A stretch of 64,000 bases of DNA from an uncultured Gammaproteobacteria bacterium (GTDB taxonomy: Bacteria; Patescibacteriota; Microgenomatia; UBA10105): NCBI GenBank assembly GCA_964387625.1, contig CAYLWN010000001.1:35560-99559 (forward strand), in the 5' to 3' direction. The notes beneath the pieces are model-generated. The model saw only the letters and a list, made by a program, of their open reading frames with translations, was not told the DNA's origin and did not search any database. Shown here one piece after another: positions 11,274 through 21,293 of the stretch (position 1 is the first letter of the stretch; each line of letters starts with the position of its first letter). The position numbers and the translations under genes were made by a program.

Positions 11274-11657
11274 ATGAAAATTATATCAAAATTCCCAGTG
11301 TATAAGGATAATCGTGGTCAAATAGTTAATATATTCGATTTTACTAAAAATAACAAAATTAAGTCGTCATTAATAATTACATCTAAAAAAGACGCTATTA
11401 GAGCTAATCATTACCATAAAACAGATAGTCATTATATATATTTAATATCCGGAAAATTTGAATATTATGAAAAAAAATTAAAAAATAATAGTAAGATTAA
11501 ATCAATAACTATAAACAAAGGTGATTCAATTAATACTGAAACCGGCATAATACATGCAATGAAATTTCTTGAAGATTCAATTATGTTAGTTTTAACTACT
11601 GAAGATAGAGATCAGAAAAAATACGAAAAGGACATAGTAAGAATTAAATTAATTTAA
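11274..11657 (+). CDS. Cupin (FdtA/WxcM/RmlC-like NDP-sugar isomerase or epimerase)
   Basis: DNRG at the N-terminus, RANHYH, second cupin motif IIHAM; 127 aa. Confidence 0.75.
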   Translation: MKIISKFPVYKDNRGQIVNIFDFTKNNKIKSSLIITSKKDAIRANHYHKTDSHYIYLISGKFEYYEKKLKNNSKIKSITINKGDSINTETGIIHAMKFLEDSIMLVLTTEDRDQKKYEKDIVRIKLI

Positions 11658-12892
11658 ATGATTCTTGGTTTAGGAACTGGAAGAATAAATTTACCCCATT
11701 TACGAAAATTTTTATGATTTTTCATTATTGATTCTGCAAAATTCCAAGCAAGAATAAATAAATAATCAGGTTTGTCTTTATATAATTTTTCCGACTTAAC
11801 TATAGGAATTCTGGTTCCCGGAGTATATAATCCCTGTTTATAAATACTATCTTCAATAATATACTCAATAATTTTATTATTTATTCCAAAATAATTTAAA
11901 AGTGTATTCCCTTTTGCGGGTGCTCCGTATCCGGCAATTCTTTTTCCTTTAGATATTAGCGTATTAAGAACATTTAGAAGAGTAATTTTGTTATTTTCTA
12001 TTCTTTTAGAAAAATTAAGATAAGTGTTTAAAGAATTTAATTTTAGTCTTTTTTCCTCTTTCAGTAATTTAATAACTGAGGATTGAACTTTATATTTACT
12101 TTCATTTAATGCAACAAAAACTCTTAAAGATCCTCCGTGTGAATTAACTCTTTCAGCTCGGAATATTTTCATGTTAAATCTATTAAATAAAATTTGTAAA
12201 GGTACAACAGATAAATACGATAAATGTTCATGATATACAGTGTCAAATAAATTGTTTTGTAAAAAATCAATCAAATAAGGAGCTTCAATTATAAACACAC
12301 CATTTTTGTTTAAAATAATTTTGACTCCGTTGATAATTTCATCTAAATCATGAATATGAGCAAAAACATTTGTTGCGCAGACAATATCAGCTGACCCATA
12401 TTTGTTAAATATTTTTTTTGCTAGTTTTATATTAAAAAATTCTGGTAAAGTTGTTATTTTTTGATCAATGGCTGTTTTGGCAACATTTTTTGCGGGTTCA
12501 ACGCCTAAAACACGCATATTTAGTTTTTTTAGCGGTTTAAGTAAAATTCCGTCATTGCTACCGATATCTATACATAATGAATTATTTTTTAGATGTAAAG
12601 TTTTAGTTACATGATCGGCAAAATCTTGAAAGTGTTTTATAAAAACAGAGGAAGTTGATGAATAGTAAACATAATCTTTAAATAATATTTTTGGAGATAC
12701 TACATATCGAAGCTGTAACAAATAACACTTTTGACAAAAACACACGATTAATGGGTAAAAAGTTTCTTTTTTATTAAGATTTTTCTCATTTATAAATGCA
12801 TTTGCTAGGGGAGTAGGTCCAAAATTAAACACGTCTTTTAAATTGTTGTTTTTGCATATTCTGCAAATTTCAATTTTAGTTATAGTTTTCAT
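11654..12892 (-). CDS. NDP-hexose C-methyltransferase (Zn-binding + class I SAM + C-terminal domain; TcaB9/NovU-like), copy 1
   Basis: CRIC..CQKC zinc ligands, DIGSNDG, NVFAH, YHEHLSY, HGGSLR, GYGAPAKGNTLLN, LAWNF. Confidence 0.9.
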   Translation of the reverse strand: MKTITKIEICRICKNNNLKDVFNFGPTPLANAFINEKNLNKKETFYPLIVCFCQKCYLLQLRYVVSPKILFKDYVYYSSTSSVFIKHFQDFADHVTKTLHLKNNSLCIDIGSNDGILLKPLKKLNMRVLGVEPAKNVAKTAIDQKITTLPEFFNIKLAKKIFNKYGSADIVCATNVFAHIHDLDEIINGVKIILNKNGVFIIEAPYLIDFLQNNLFDTVYHEHLSYLSVVPLQILFNRFNMKIFRAERVNSHGGSLRVFVALNESKYKVQSSVIKLLKEEKRLKLNSLNTYLNFSKRIENNKITLLNVLNTLISKGKRIAGYGAPAKGNTLLNYFGINNKIIEYIIEDSIYKQGLYTPGTRIPIVKSEKLYKDKPDYLFILAWNFAESIMKNHKNFRKWGKFILPVPKPRII

Positions 12893-12940
12893 TAAAACTT
12901 AGAATTAATTGATAAATTTTGTTACAATAGCGTTCATTAT

Positions 12941-14008
12941 ATGAATAATCCAACAATCAATCAAGATTTAATAGAAATAAGTAAATCTCTTAAAGATGAA
13001 GTAAAAAAACTTAAAAATAAAACGATTTTGATTTCAGGAGGATCAGGTTTTATCGGTAATTATATTGTTAGATTCATTTTATATTTAAACAAAAAATACC
13101 CAAACTTTAAATGCAGAGTTATTTCTATAGACAATTATATAACCGGATCTAAGAATAATTTAAATAAATTTTCCAATAACGGTTTAAAGTTAATTGAACA
13201 TGATATAAGAAATCCTTTAAAAATAAGCGAGCCTATTGATTATATTATTCATGCCGCAGGCGTAGCCTCACCAATTTATTATAAAAAATTCCCAATAGAA
13301 ACAATTGAAACAACGATATACGGAGCAAAAAATCTTCTTGAGTTAGCCAGAATAAAAAAAATAAAAGGGTTTTTATTTTTTAGTTCAAGTGAAATATATG
13401 GTGATCCGGATCCTTCATCAATACCTACGCCGGAAACATATCGGGGAAACGTGTCTTGCACGGGTTCCAGGGCTTGTTATGACGAGTCCAAGCGATTAGG
13501 GGAAACCCTTTGTTTAGCATATCACGAAGTGCATAAAATTCCGATTAAAATTGTCAGACCATTTAATGTATTTGGTCCAGGTATGAAATTAAATGATTAT
13601 CGCGTCATTCCTATGTTCTTTAGTAGAGCGTTAACAAATAAGCATTTACCCGTACATGATAATGGAAATCAAACTCGAACTTTTTGTTATATCACTGACG
13701 CAATAATTGCTATATATAAAGTATTACTAATGGGTAAAAATGGCGAAATATACAACATTGGAAATGATACTAATGAAATAAATATGATGAGTTTAGCTAA
13801 TATTGTTTCTCAATTATTTAAGAAAAAGCCTGAAGTTCGATCGGTGCCTTATCCTTATAAATATCCATCTGATGAGCCTCGAAGAAGATTACCTGATTTA
13901 ACTAAAATAAAAACATTACTGAATTATCAACCTAGTGTTGATTTAATAACAGGTTTAAAACGAACTAAAAAATGGTATAAGGAAATGAATTTAGCTAAAC
14001 TATTTTAA
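12941..14008 (+). CDS. uxs: UDP-glucuronate decarboxylase (UDP-xylose synthase)-like SDR
   Basis: GGSGFIG, ASPIYY, SSSEIYGDP, RACYDESKR, QTRTFCY, DEPRRRLPD. Confidence 0.82.
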   Translation: MNNPTINQDLIEISKSLKDEVKKLKNKTILISGGSGFIGNYIVRFILYLNKKYPNFKCRVISIDNYITGSKNNLNKFSNNGLKLIEHDIRNPLKISEPIDYIIHAAGVASPIYYKKFPIETIETTIYGAKNLLELARIKKIKGFLFFSSSEIYGDPDPSSIPTPETYRGNVSCTGSRACYDESKRLGETLCLAYHEVHKIPIKIVRPFNVFGPGMKLNDYRVIPMFFSRALTNKHLPVHDNGNQTRTFCYITDAIIAIYKVLLMGKNGEIYNIGNDTNEINMMSLANIVSQLFKKKPEVRSVPYPYKYPSDEPRRRLPDLTKIKTLLNYQPSVDLITGLKRTKKWYKEMNLAKLF

Positions 14009-14169
14009 CATTACCAATCTAACTAGAGTAATAGAAATTAGTAAAATAATTTTTGGGTCAGAATATGAATTTAGAGCTAAATTTTGAACAGCTTTTTTTA
14101 TATATATAGTAATTATTATTGTCCATTTTTACTAAATTTTATTAAAAAATATTTTAGCATAATTCTGAT

Positions 14170-15822
14170 TTATTTTACTTGAATAATGTCAATAATAGGT
14201 CCTAGTCTTTCAATTCTTACGGTCTCTAGCGTATTTGCTGAACCATGAATTAAATTAACAATATTATTGGTATCGTTTGATTTCATGGGAGAAAATCTTT
14301 TTATTAATATATATTTTTGTTTATCTAGTTTATTTATAAGAGATGAATTATAGGACCAGTAATAGTTAAATATATATTTAATATCATTGTTATAGACATA
14401 TTTATTTATATCGTTCACATTATTAACATCAATAACTTTTTCAAAATAAATAATATTTCGTAAATTATCAGAAGATATTGAAGAGTTTATTAGACTTTTT
14501 AATTTTTGATATGAACCTGGTTTATTTTTTTGTATTAAGTTAATTGCTTCCATATTTGGTACGAATGGACTAAAACGAATGGATGTTGAGGCTACTTTAA
14601 TATCTTTAGAAATATTCTGGTTAATCCAAGAAGATGCTTGTATAAACGTAGGAGTTTGTAAATATCTAGATAGCCAAAAACACGAGGGTAAAATGGCTAA
14701 GATTATTATTATTGAGTAAATTATTTTTACTAAAATACCTGATCTATTGATTAAATTCAATCGATATATAAAATACCCAGTGAATATTGGGAAGATAATT
14801 AATACTGGCAACATGTACCTTAAAGATTGGTAAAAAGTTATCGAAATAAATAAAAAATATACAATTGAATAAAAAGCTATAGAAATTAATAATTTTGGTA
14901 AGTATTTAAAAAACCAAATTATACATAAAAAGGTTAGCAATATAACAGGTTCAGTAAATAAAAATTCTTTTAGGTAAAAAATAATATATTTAAAAAATCC
15001 ATCTTGGAAATTACCAAAAAGAATATTTGTAAATTCAGTAGACGCGTATTTATAACTCATTAATCTTGTAAAAAGTATGAATGACAATATAGGCAATAAA
15101 ATGATTAATAAATATTCAAAATAATTATGACCCAATTTTCTAATTCTCCAAAATCTAAAAAACCAGATGATAAATATTAATCCTAAACCATAAACTGCTG
15201 AAAAATGAAAACCGATAGCAAAAGATAAGAAGAAAACAGCAATTAAAGCATCAAAAATTCTATACTTATTTATTTGATATTTGATAAGCCAATAAATAGC
15301 TAGAGAATAGAAAAACAATGACAACATCCATGGTTTTGCCGTATGAGACATTTGAATTTGAGTAATTGAAAATGTAGAAAAAAATAATACCCATAAATAA
15401 ATATTATTTTGTTTAGGAAAAATCAATTGAGTTATTTTAAAAATTACATATACTGTACATGTACCGAATAATGCAGATATAATTCTAGGAATAAACATAA
15501 AATAACCTTCATGTGTCACCAAAAACAACATAAATTGTTCGATAGTGGATACTTGATGTAATATCAGCTTATAAATATAGGCTAAAATAAAAAATGGCAG
15601 CATTATATGGGATCCAAGCGGCGGATATTGCGAACTAGTTACTAGGCTTTTATTAGCTAACATTTGCCATGCAGCAAGGTAATTTGGTACTTCATCCGGA
15701 ATTACATATAATACAGGAGAACCAAAATTTGGATTAACGACACGGATTACAAATCCCACTAATAATATGATTGGAACAAAATATTTTTTTAAATTTGAAA
15801 GTTTTATTATGTTTGTTGGCAT
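14170..15822 (-). CDS. GT-C fold membrane glycosyltransferase (PMT_2-like)
   Basis: First-loop PDE, QYPP, RIISALFG, RYMLP; about 11 TM segments plus a soluble tail. Confidence 0.78.
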   Translation of the reverse strand: MPTNIIKLSNLKKYFVPIILLVGFVIRVVNPNFGSPVLYVIPDEVPNYLAAWQMLANKSLVTSSQYPPLGSHIMLPFFILAYIYKLILHQVSTIEQFMLFLVTHEGYFMFIPRIISALFGTCTVYVIFKITQLIFPKQNNIYLWVLFFSTFSITQIQMSHTAKPWMLSLFFYSLAIYWLIKYQINKYRIFDALIAVFFLSFAIGFHFSAVYGLGLIFIIWFFRFWRIRKLGHNYFEYLLIILLPILSFILFTRLMSYKYASTEFTNILFGNFQDGFFKYIIFYLKEFLFTEPVILLTFLCIIWFFKYLPKLLISIAFYSIVYFLFISITFYQSLRYMLPVLIIFPIFTGYFIYRLNLINRSGILVKIIYSIIIILAILPSCFWLSRYLQTPTFIQASSWINQNISKDIKVASTSIRFSPFVPNMEAINLIQKNKPGSYQKLKSLINSSISSDNLRNIIYFEKVIDVNNVNDINKYVYNNDIKYIFNYYWSYNSSLINKLDKQKYILIKRFSPMKSNDTNNIVNLIHGSANTLETVRIERLGPIIDIIQVK

Positions 15823-15885
15823 TAGTTTTTCTATAAAAAAACAAATATTCTATTAATTAGACCATTATAACAATAAATTTTAAGA

Positions 15886-17049
15886 ATGAAAAATTTATTA
15901 AAGCCTATTAGCTATAACAAACAATCAATTGATACTCTAGACATTAAATCTGTTATTAAGGTTTTAAAATCCGATTTTTTGACACAAGGACCTTTGATTG
16001 AAAAATTTGAAAACGAACTGACAAAATATTGCAAAGTAAAATATGCAGTAGTTTTCTCTTCAGGTACTTCAGCTTTGCATGGAGCATGTTATGCAGCGGG
16101 AATCAAAAAAGGGGATGAAGTGATAACAACTCCTATGACATTTGCTGCTTCAGTAAATTGTGTGATGTATTGTGGTGGTATACCTGTATTTGCTGATATT
16201 AAGCCAGAAATTCCATTAATTGATCCAAACGAAATATTAAAAAAAATTACTAAAAAAACTAAAGCCATAATTCCGGTTGATTATTCAGGAATGCCAGCAG
16301 ACTATGATGAAATTAGTGAAATTGCCAAAAAACATAATTTGATAGTTATTGCTGATGCGTGTCATTCATTAGGAGCTACATATAAAGGAAGCAAGGCTGG
16401 TTCGTTAGCTGACATGTCTATTTTTAGTTTTCATCCGGTAAAATCTATAACTACAGGAGAAGGAGGAGCTGTATTAACAAATAATTATAAATTTTATCAG
16501 AGACTAATATTGTTTCGGACGCATGGCATTACCAAAGATCCTAAACTATTTATTAACAAAAACGAAGGTCCTTGGTATTATGAAATGCAGGATTTAGGCT
16601 TTAATTACCGATTAACGGATATTCAAGCAGCGCTAGGCTTATCTCAATTAGTCAAATTATCTAAATTTATCAAGGTACGTCAAAAAATTGCTGGTTTTTA
16701 TCAACGACAACTAAAAAACATTAGCAATATAAAATTTTTAACAGTTCCCAAAAATAGAACGTCATCTTGGCATTTATTTCCAATACAAATTAGAAACATT
16801 TCATTTTTTCAAAAAACACTATTGGTAAAAATGCTGCATAAAGCCAATATCAAAGTACAAGTTCATTACATACCAGTTCATTTGCAACCGTATTATACAA
16901 AGAAGTTTGGATATAAAAAAGGAGATTTTCCAATTTCTGAAAAATTCTATCAAGAGGAAATTTCAATACCGATTTATCCAAATCTTACAAAAAATGAACT
17001 TAATTATGTACTAATGAATTTACTACTAAATAGTAATAAAATGAATTAG
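15886..17049 (+). CDS. pseC: PseC-type DegT aminotransferase (UDP-4-keto-6-deoxy-HexNAc transaminase)
   Basis: SDFLTQGP, SSGTSALH, DACHSLGA, SFHPVKSITTGEGG, HGIT, WYYEMQDLGFNYRLTDIQAALG, QVHYIPVH. Confidence 0.88.
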   Translation: MKNLLKPISYNKQSIDTLDIKSVIKVLKSDFLTQGPLIEKFENELTKYCKVKYAVVFSSGTSALHGACYAAGIKKGDEVITTPMTFAASVNCVMYCGGIPVFADIKPEIPLIDPNEILKKITKKTKAIIPVDYSGMPADYDEISEIAKKHNLIVIADACHSLGATYKGSKAGSLADMSIFSFHPVKSITTGEGGAVLTNNYKFYQRLILFRTHGITKDPKLFINKNEGPWYYEMQDLGFNYRLTDIQAALGLSQLVKLSKFIKVRQKIAGFYQRQLKNISNIKFLTVPKNRTSSWHLFPIQIRNISFFQKTLLVKMLHKANIKVQVHYIPVHLQPYYTKKFGYKKGDFPISEKFYQEEISIPIYPNLTKNELNYVLMNLLLNSNKMN

Positions 17050-17473
17050 ATCTGAAGATCGAAAAATTGTTCTTTTGAAATATTTTTAAAGAAATTATAT
17101 TGTTTTTCTTTATTTTTGCTTTTATTGGTATTTTTCTAGTTTTAACCAGCTTTAGGGTTTTTTGAAGAAAGTAGCTTCCATAACCCTGATTTAAAAAACG
17201 TTTATCAATTCCTATAGATAAATAATAAATGTTTCTCGCTAAGTTGTATCTACAATATCCAATAATTATATTTTCTGAATATTTTAAATTGACTTCAAGT
17301 AAAAATATGTAATTATTAGAATTGTCTAAGAATTTTTTATACCACTTTATGTGTTGAGAGAATTGAATTAACTCCGTATTGATAGATTTATTTCTTACGT
17401 GTTTTTGATTTCTGATTAACAATAAACTCTTTGCGTCAGAAAGTTTTGCTTTTCTAATAGACAAATTATTCAT
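17000..17473 (-). CDS. pseH: PseH-like GNAT N-acyltransferase
   Basis: Start 17473 overlaps the pseI stop (ATGA). Motifs IRNQ..VR..S, QH..W, IGYCR, NQGYG, N..SLKIF.K..F. Confidence 0.7.
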   Translation of the reverse strand: MNNLSIRKAKLSDAKSLLLIRNQKHVRNKSINTELIQFSQHIKWYKKFLDNSNNYIFLLEVNLKYSENIIIGYCRYNLARNIYYLSIGIDKRFLNQGYGSYFLQKTLKLVKTRKIPIKAKIKKNNIISLKIFQKNNFSIFRSNSFYYYLVVNSLVHN

Positions 17474-18525
17474 TCTTGAATCATTTTCCAACTTAAAGGT
17501 GACCCTTTTTCAATATTTTGTTTTGCAGCTTTTCCAATAATCTGATCTAGATATACAGGCGATATTCCATATCCTGGTCTAATGCACTTAATATTTTTAT
17601 AAGTAATACGTTCTCCTTTTTTTATATCTTTTACAGCAAACAACGAACGTTTAAAAATGATATTTTCAGATTCTTGTTTATCAGGTTTATATGTAATTTT
17701 TCCCATAGCTTTTTCTACATCACGAATAGTTATTACCAATTGTTTCATTTCCTTAGGTTCGAGAGAAAAAGTTGAATCATATCCATCATCTTTTCTGGAT
17801 AAAGTAATATGTTTTTCAATTATTTTTGCTCCCATTGCAACAGCAGTGATTGAAGCAGTTAATCCTAAACTATGATCAGATAATCCGGTAATTACTTTAA
17901 ATTTATGTTGAATATCTTGCATAGTTCTTATGTTCATTTGATTTAAAGTGGCAGGATATGAGCTGATACAATGTAATACTGCAATATTTTTTGATCCTGC
18001 AGTTTTAAGCGTTTTAATGGCTAATTTAATATCTTCAAGCGACGCTAATCCTCTAGAAATAATTACCGGTTTTTTAGTTTTGCCAATACGTTTTAATAGT
18101 TCTAAATCTATATTTTCAAATGACGCAATTTTATATAATGAAACATTCATTTTTTCTAAAAAATCTACCGCAGAATTATCAAATGGGGTAGAAAAACAAA
18201 TCAAACCTTTTTTTTCTGCATAAGATTTTAGCTTGGGTTGCCATTCCCAAGGTGTGTATGTTTTTTGATATAAAGTATAAAGGGTAGTACCTTTCCATTT
18301 TCCGGAAGTTATTTTAAACCATTTTTTATTGCTGTTTATTGTTAATGTTTTGGGAGTATATGTTTGTAATTTTATTGCGTCAACACCAGATTTTGCTGCC
18401 TCATCTACAATTTTATAAGCTTGATCGATATCTTGATTGTGGTTTCCTGACATTTCAGCAACTATAAAACACGGTGAGTTTTCACCAATTGTTTTTTTTC
18501 CGATTTTGAAGTTAATATTATTCAT
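17470..18525 (-). CDS. pseI: Pseudaminic acid synthase (NeuB family with SAF domain)
   Basis: AEMSGNHN, AIKLQTYT, TPWEW, STPFD, KIASFE, LHCISSYP, GLSDH, IEKH, RSL..IRPGYG. Confidence 0.9.
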   Translation of the reverse strand: MNNINFKIGKKTIGENSPCFIVAEMSGNHNQDIDQAYKIVDEAAKSGVDAIKLQTYTPKTLTINSNKKWFKITSGKWKGTTLYTLYQKTYTPWEWQPKLKSYAEKKGLICFSTPFDNSAVDFLEKMNVSLYKIASFENIDLELLKRIGKTKKPVIISRGLASLEDIKLAIKTLKTAGSKNIAVLHCISSYPATLNQMNIRTMQDIQHKFKVITGLSDHSLGLTASITAVAMGAKIIEKHITLSRKDDGYDSTFSLEPKEMKQLVITIRDVEKAMGKITYKPDKQESENIIFKRSLFAVKDIKKGERITYKNIKCIRPGYGISPVYLDQIIGKAAKQNIEKGSPLSWKMIQE

Positions 18526-19657
18526 TCTGTTTTTCCCAGATATTATCTTTTAACCAGTTTCCTTTTTTATCTTTATTCCATACTAAAGAGTTTCTGAATG
18601 AATTTGCAATTTTCCAAAAATCTTTTTCGCTCATGTTGACATATTTAAGCCAATAATTTAAATCCTTAGGTATTATATGGTCATATTTTTTTACCATTTC
18701 TATGCCTTGTTTGCGAGTCATATATCCCATTTTAATATCTTTTGAAGCATGATCAGATGCTCTACCATATCCGAATTTTATATATTTTAAATAGTCATGA
18801 AGACCGTTTTCATAACGGTCATCCAGATTGGAAAAATTTCTATAGGTTCTGTCAAACGGTTTTTTTCTTGGTTTCCAACCGTATTTTTTTTGTATAAGTT
18901 TTGCATGCTGATTAGGATCCCATTTAAAAAAGTTTCCTATATAAAGACCTTTCACTCCTACTTTTAGAATTTCCTCATCAGCCGGATATTTTGCCCATAA
19001 AAGATCTTTTTCAGTAAGTTTTTCTTGAGAATCTGTAATTAAGTCATACCATTCAAAGCCTCTTAAGGAATGCTCATGCCTGCTTCTGTTGCTAAATTCA
19101 ACAAAATCTTCAGGTTCATACATACCTGAAATATCCCAGGCAATTTCTCCCCAAATAATCAATGGAATATTAAATTTGACTGCAATTTGAATTGGATAAG
19201 TTGAGATACCGCAGTGCGCATGCCAATTCATATCTCCCATTTTTCTAAAACATAGGCGGTTTAATTTTTTTAATACTTCCACACTGGGACCAAATACGAG
19301 ATGATCTGCATCAAATTTGTGACGCATTTGATCGCGGTTATAATCACCTTCAGGTAAATAATTATTACCGTGATATGTAACCAAAAGAGGTTTTAATCCA
19401 TATTCTTTAACAATTGTGTGTGTTTGAAAATAACTATCTTTACCGCCACTAACAGGAATTACACAATCATAATTTGACTTATTATTTTTTGTTGTTTGCG
19501 TTATGATCTGTAAAAACTTTTTTTTCCTTATTTTCCAAAACTCGTTTGTTAATTTCTTAAATTTTTCAAATGTCCGACAACTTGAACATACGCCATTTTC
19601 ATCGATATATAAATTGACAGCAACTTCAGGATAGACACATTTTTTACAATATCGCAT
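18518..19657 (-). CDS. wbuX: N-acetyl sugar amidotransferase (WbuX/PseA family, PP-loop)
   Basis: CKKC..CSSC, VSGGKDS PP-loop, WHAHCGI, WGE, KYIKFGYGRA. Confidence 0.88.
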   Translation of the reverse strand: MRYCKKCVYPEVAVNLYIDENGVCSSCRTFEKFKKLTNEFWKIRKKKFLQIITQTTKNNKSNYDCVIPVSGGKDSYFQTHTIVKEYGLKPLLVTYHGNNYLPEGDYNRDQMRHKFDADHLVFGPSVEVLKKLNRLCFRKMGDMNWHAHCGISTYPIQIAVKFNIPLIIWGEIAWDISGMYEPEDFVEFSNRSRHEHSLRGFEWYDLITDSQEKLTEKDLLWAKYPADEEILKVGVKGLYIGNFFKWDPNQHAKLIQKKYGWKPRKKPFDRTYRNFSNLDDRYENGLHDYLKYIKFGYGRASDHASKDIKMGYMTRKQGIEMVKKYDHIIPKDLNYWLKYVNMSEKDFWKIANSFRNSLVWNKDKKGNWLKDNIWEKQNE

Positions 19658-19734
19658 ATACCTCCAATTATTTAATAAATAAGATGGTTTTAAATTTTAA
19701 GAGGCAGTATATATCTTATCGTTTTAACACAGCT

Positions 19735-20550
19735 CTATTTTTTATCTATTAAAATCAAATCTGGTGATCTAACATTAAAACCATTTTCAAATAAATACTT
19801 TTTTGCCAAATAAACACTTTGATCAGTATATTGGAAAATATTTGCGGCTGCTATTGCATCAACTTTTGTTTTTGTCAAGGCTTCAGCGAAGTGACTCCAC
19901 TCACCAACTCCGCCACAAGCTATAATCGGGATTTTAACGCAATCTGCGACTTCTTTAATTAAGTGTATGTCATAACCATTTTTGACACCGTCTCTATCTA
20001 CAGAATTTAATAGTATTTCTCCGGCGCCAAAATTTTCGACAGTTTTTGCCCAATCAACAGGATTATAGCATGTTGGTTTAAGACCGTATTCAGACATAAC
20101 GATGTATTTATTATTAATTTTTTTTACATCGATTGAAACTACTATGCATTGTGATCCGAATTCATGTGCAGATTCGGATATAAATTTAGGTTTTTTCAAA
20201 GCTATCGTATTGATAGAAATTTTATCTGCCCCCTTCTTAAGTCTGATTTCAATATCGTTTAAATTTTTTATTCCACCTCCGACCGTAATTGGCATCAAGG
20301 CAACCTTAGAGACGTCATTTATAATATCTAAGAAATTATTTCTATTGGGGTTGTGAATATCATTACGTCGTAGGTCATAATTTTTATTTCTAGATATATC
20401 TAAATATATTAACTCGTCAGCAGCCCATTCACTCAATCGTTTGACTGAAGTTACAGGGTTGCCTAAATTTTGGAAACGTTTAAATTGCTTACTTTGAACC
20501 AACCAACCGTTCTTTAATAGAAGTACAGGTACCAAGCGCTTTTTCTTCAT
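19735..20550 (-). CDS. hisF: HisF-like cyclase subunit (glycan-cluster paralog, WbuZ-like)
   Basis: ADELIYLDI, PITVGGGI, GADKISINT, FGSQCIVVSID, GAGEILLNSVDRDG; adjacent to wbuX. Confidence 0.85.
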   Translation of the reverse strand: MKKKRLVPVLLLKNGWLVQSKQFKRFQNLGNPVTSVKRLSEWAADELIYLDISRNKNYDLRRNDIHNPNRNNFLDIINDVSKVALMPITVGGGIKNLNDIEIRLKKGADKISINTIALKKPKFISESAHEFGSQCIVVSIDVKKINNKYIVMSEYGLKPTCYNPVDWAKTVENFGAGEILLNSVDRDGVKNGYDIHLIKEVADCVKIPIIACGGVGEWSHFAEALTKTKVDAIAAANIFQYTDQSVYLAKKYLFENGFNVRSPDLILIDKK

Positions 20551-21161
20551 AAATTTAGGAAATTATATAAAAGCATTTGTCCGGCTTTTTGGCTTTTTTC
20601 TGGATGGAATTGAACACCGTAAATATTATCCATATTAATAATAGCTGCGAAATTATTTCCATAGTTTGTTTGAGCAATCAAATTTTTTTTATTTTTTGGT
20701 TGAAATACAAAACTATGGACAAAATAAAAATCAAGAGTCTTAAATTGTTTAGTTAATGGTGAGGTTTGTATGACTTCTATATTATTCCAACCGATATGAG
20801 GTAATGGAAGGAATCCTGAATCCAATTTTTTTACTTCTCCCGGAATCCACCCTAGTCCAGTAGTGATTTCAAATTCATATCCTTTATTGGCTAGTACCTG
20901 CATTCCAACGCAAATACCTAAAAAAGGTTTTTTATCTGTAAAAACAGCTTTTTCTAAATGAGTCATAGGGATTAACTGATGGATCTTTCGCATTGCCGCT
21001 GCATATGCGCCAACGCCAGGTAAAATCAAATGAGTAGCATTTTCAATATCACGGGTTTGGTTTGAAATAGTAACATTAGGGTTTAATGTTGTTGCTAAAT
21101 TAAATACAGATTTTACATTACCTGATCCATAGTCCAGAATGCAAATACTAATTTTTTTCAT
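20547..21161 (-). CDS. hisH: HisH-like glutaminase subunit (glycan-cluster paralog, WbuY-like)
   Basis: DYGSGN, LPGVG, GICVGMQ (catalytic Cys), PHIGWN, YFVHS, QFHPEKS. Confidence 0.88.
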   Translation of the reverse strand: MKKISICILDYGSGNVKSVFNLATTLNPNVTISNQTRDIENATHLILPGVGAYAAAMRKIHQLIPMTHLEKAVFTDKKPFLGICVGMQVLANKGYEFEITTGLGWIPGEVKKLDSGFLPLPHIGWNNIEVIQTSPLTKQFKTLDFYFVHSFVFQPKNKKNLIAQTNYGNNFAAIINMDNIYGVQFHPEKSQKAGQMLLYNFLNL

Positions 21162-21293
21162 AACAGCTATTTTTATACAGTCTTAGGTATAGGTAATTAT
21201 AAATTTTGGTTTATAAATTCTGAAGTTTTTAAAAACCAATAATTATATTAATAGTATTATCTACGGTGTTAATAATTTATATAAAAACATATT

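Noticed and set aside
19735-21161. hisF/hisH as histidine biosynthesis
   Set aside because: They sit next to a WbuX amidotransferase with no other his genes; this is the known glycan-cluster ammonia-supply module.
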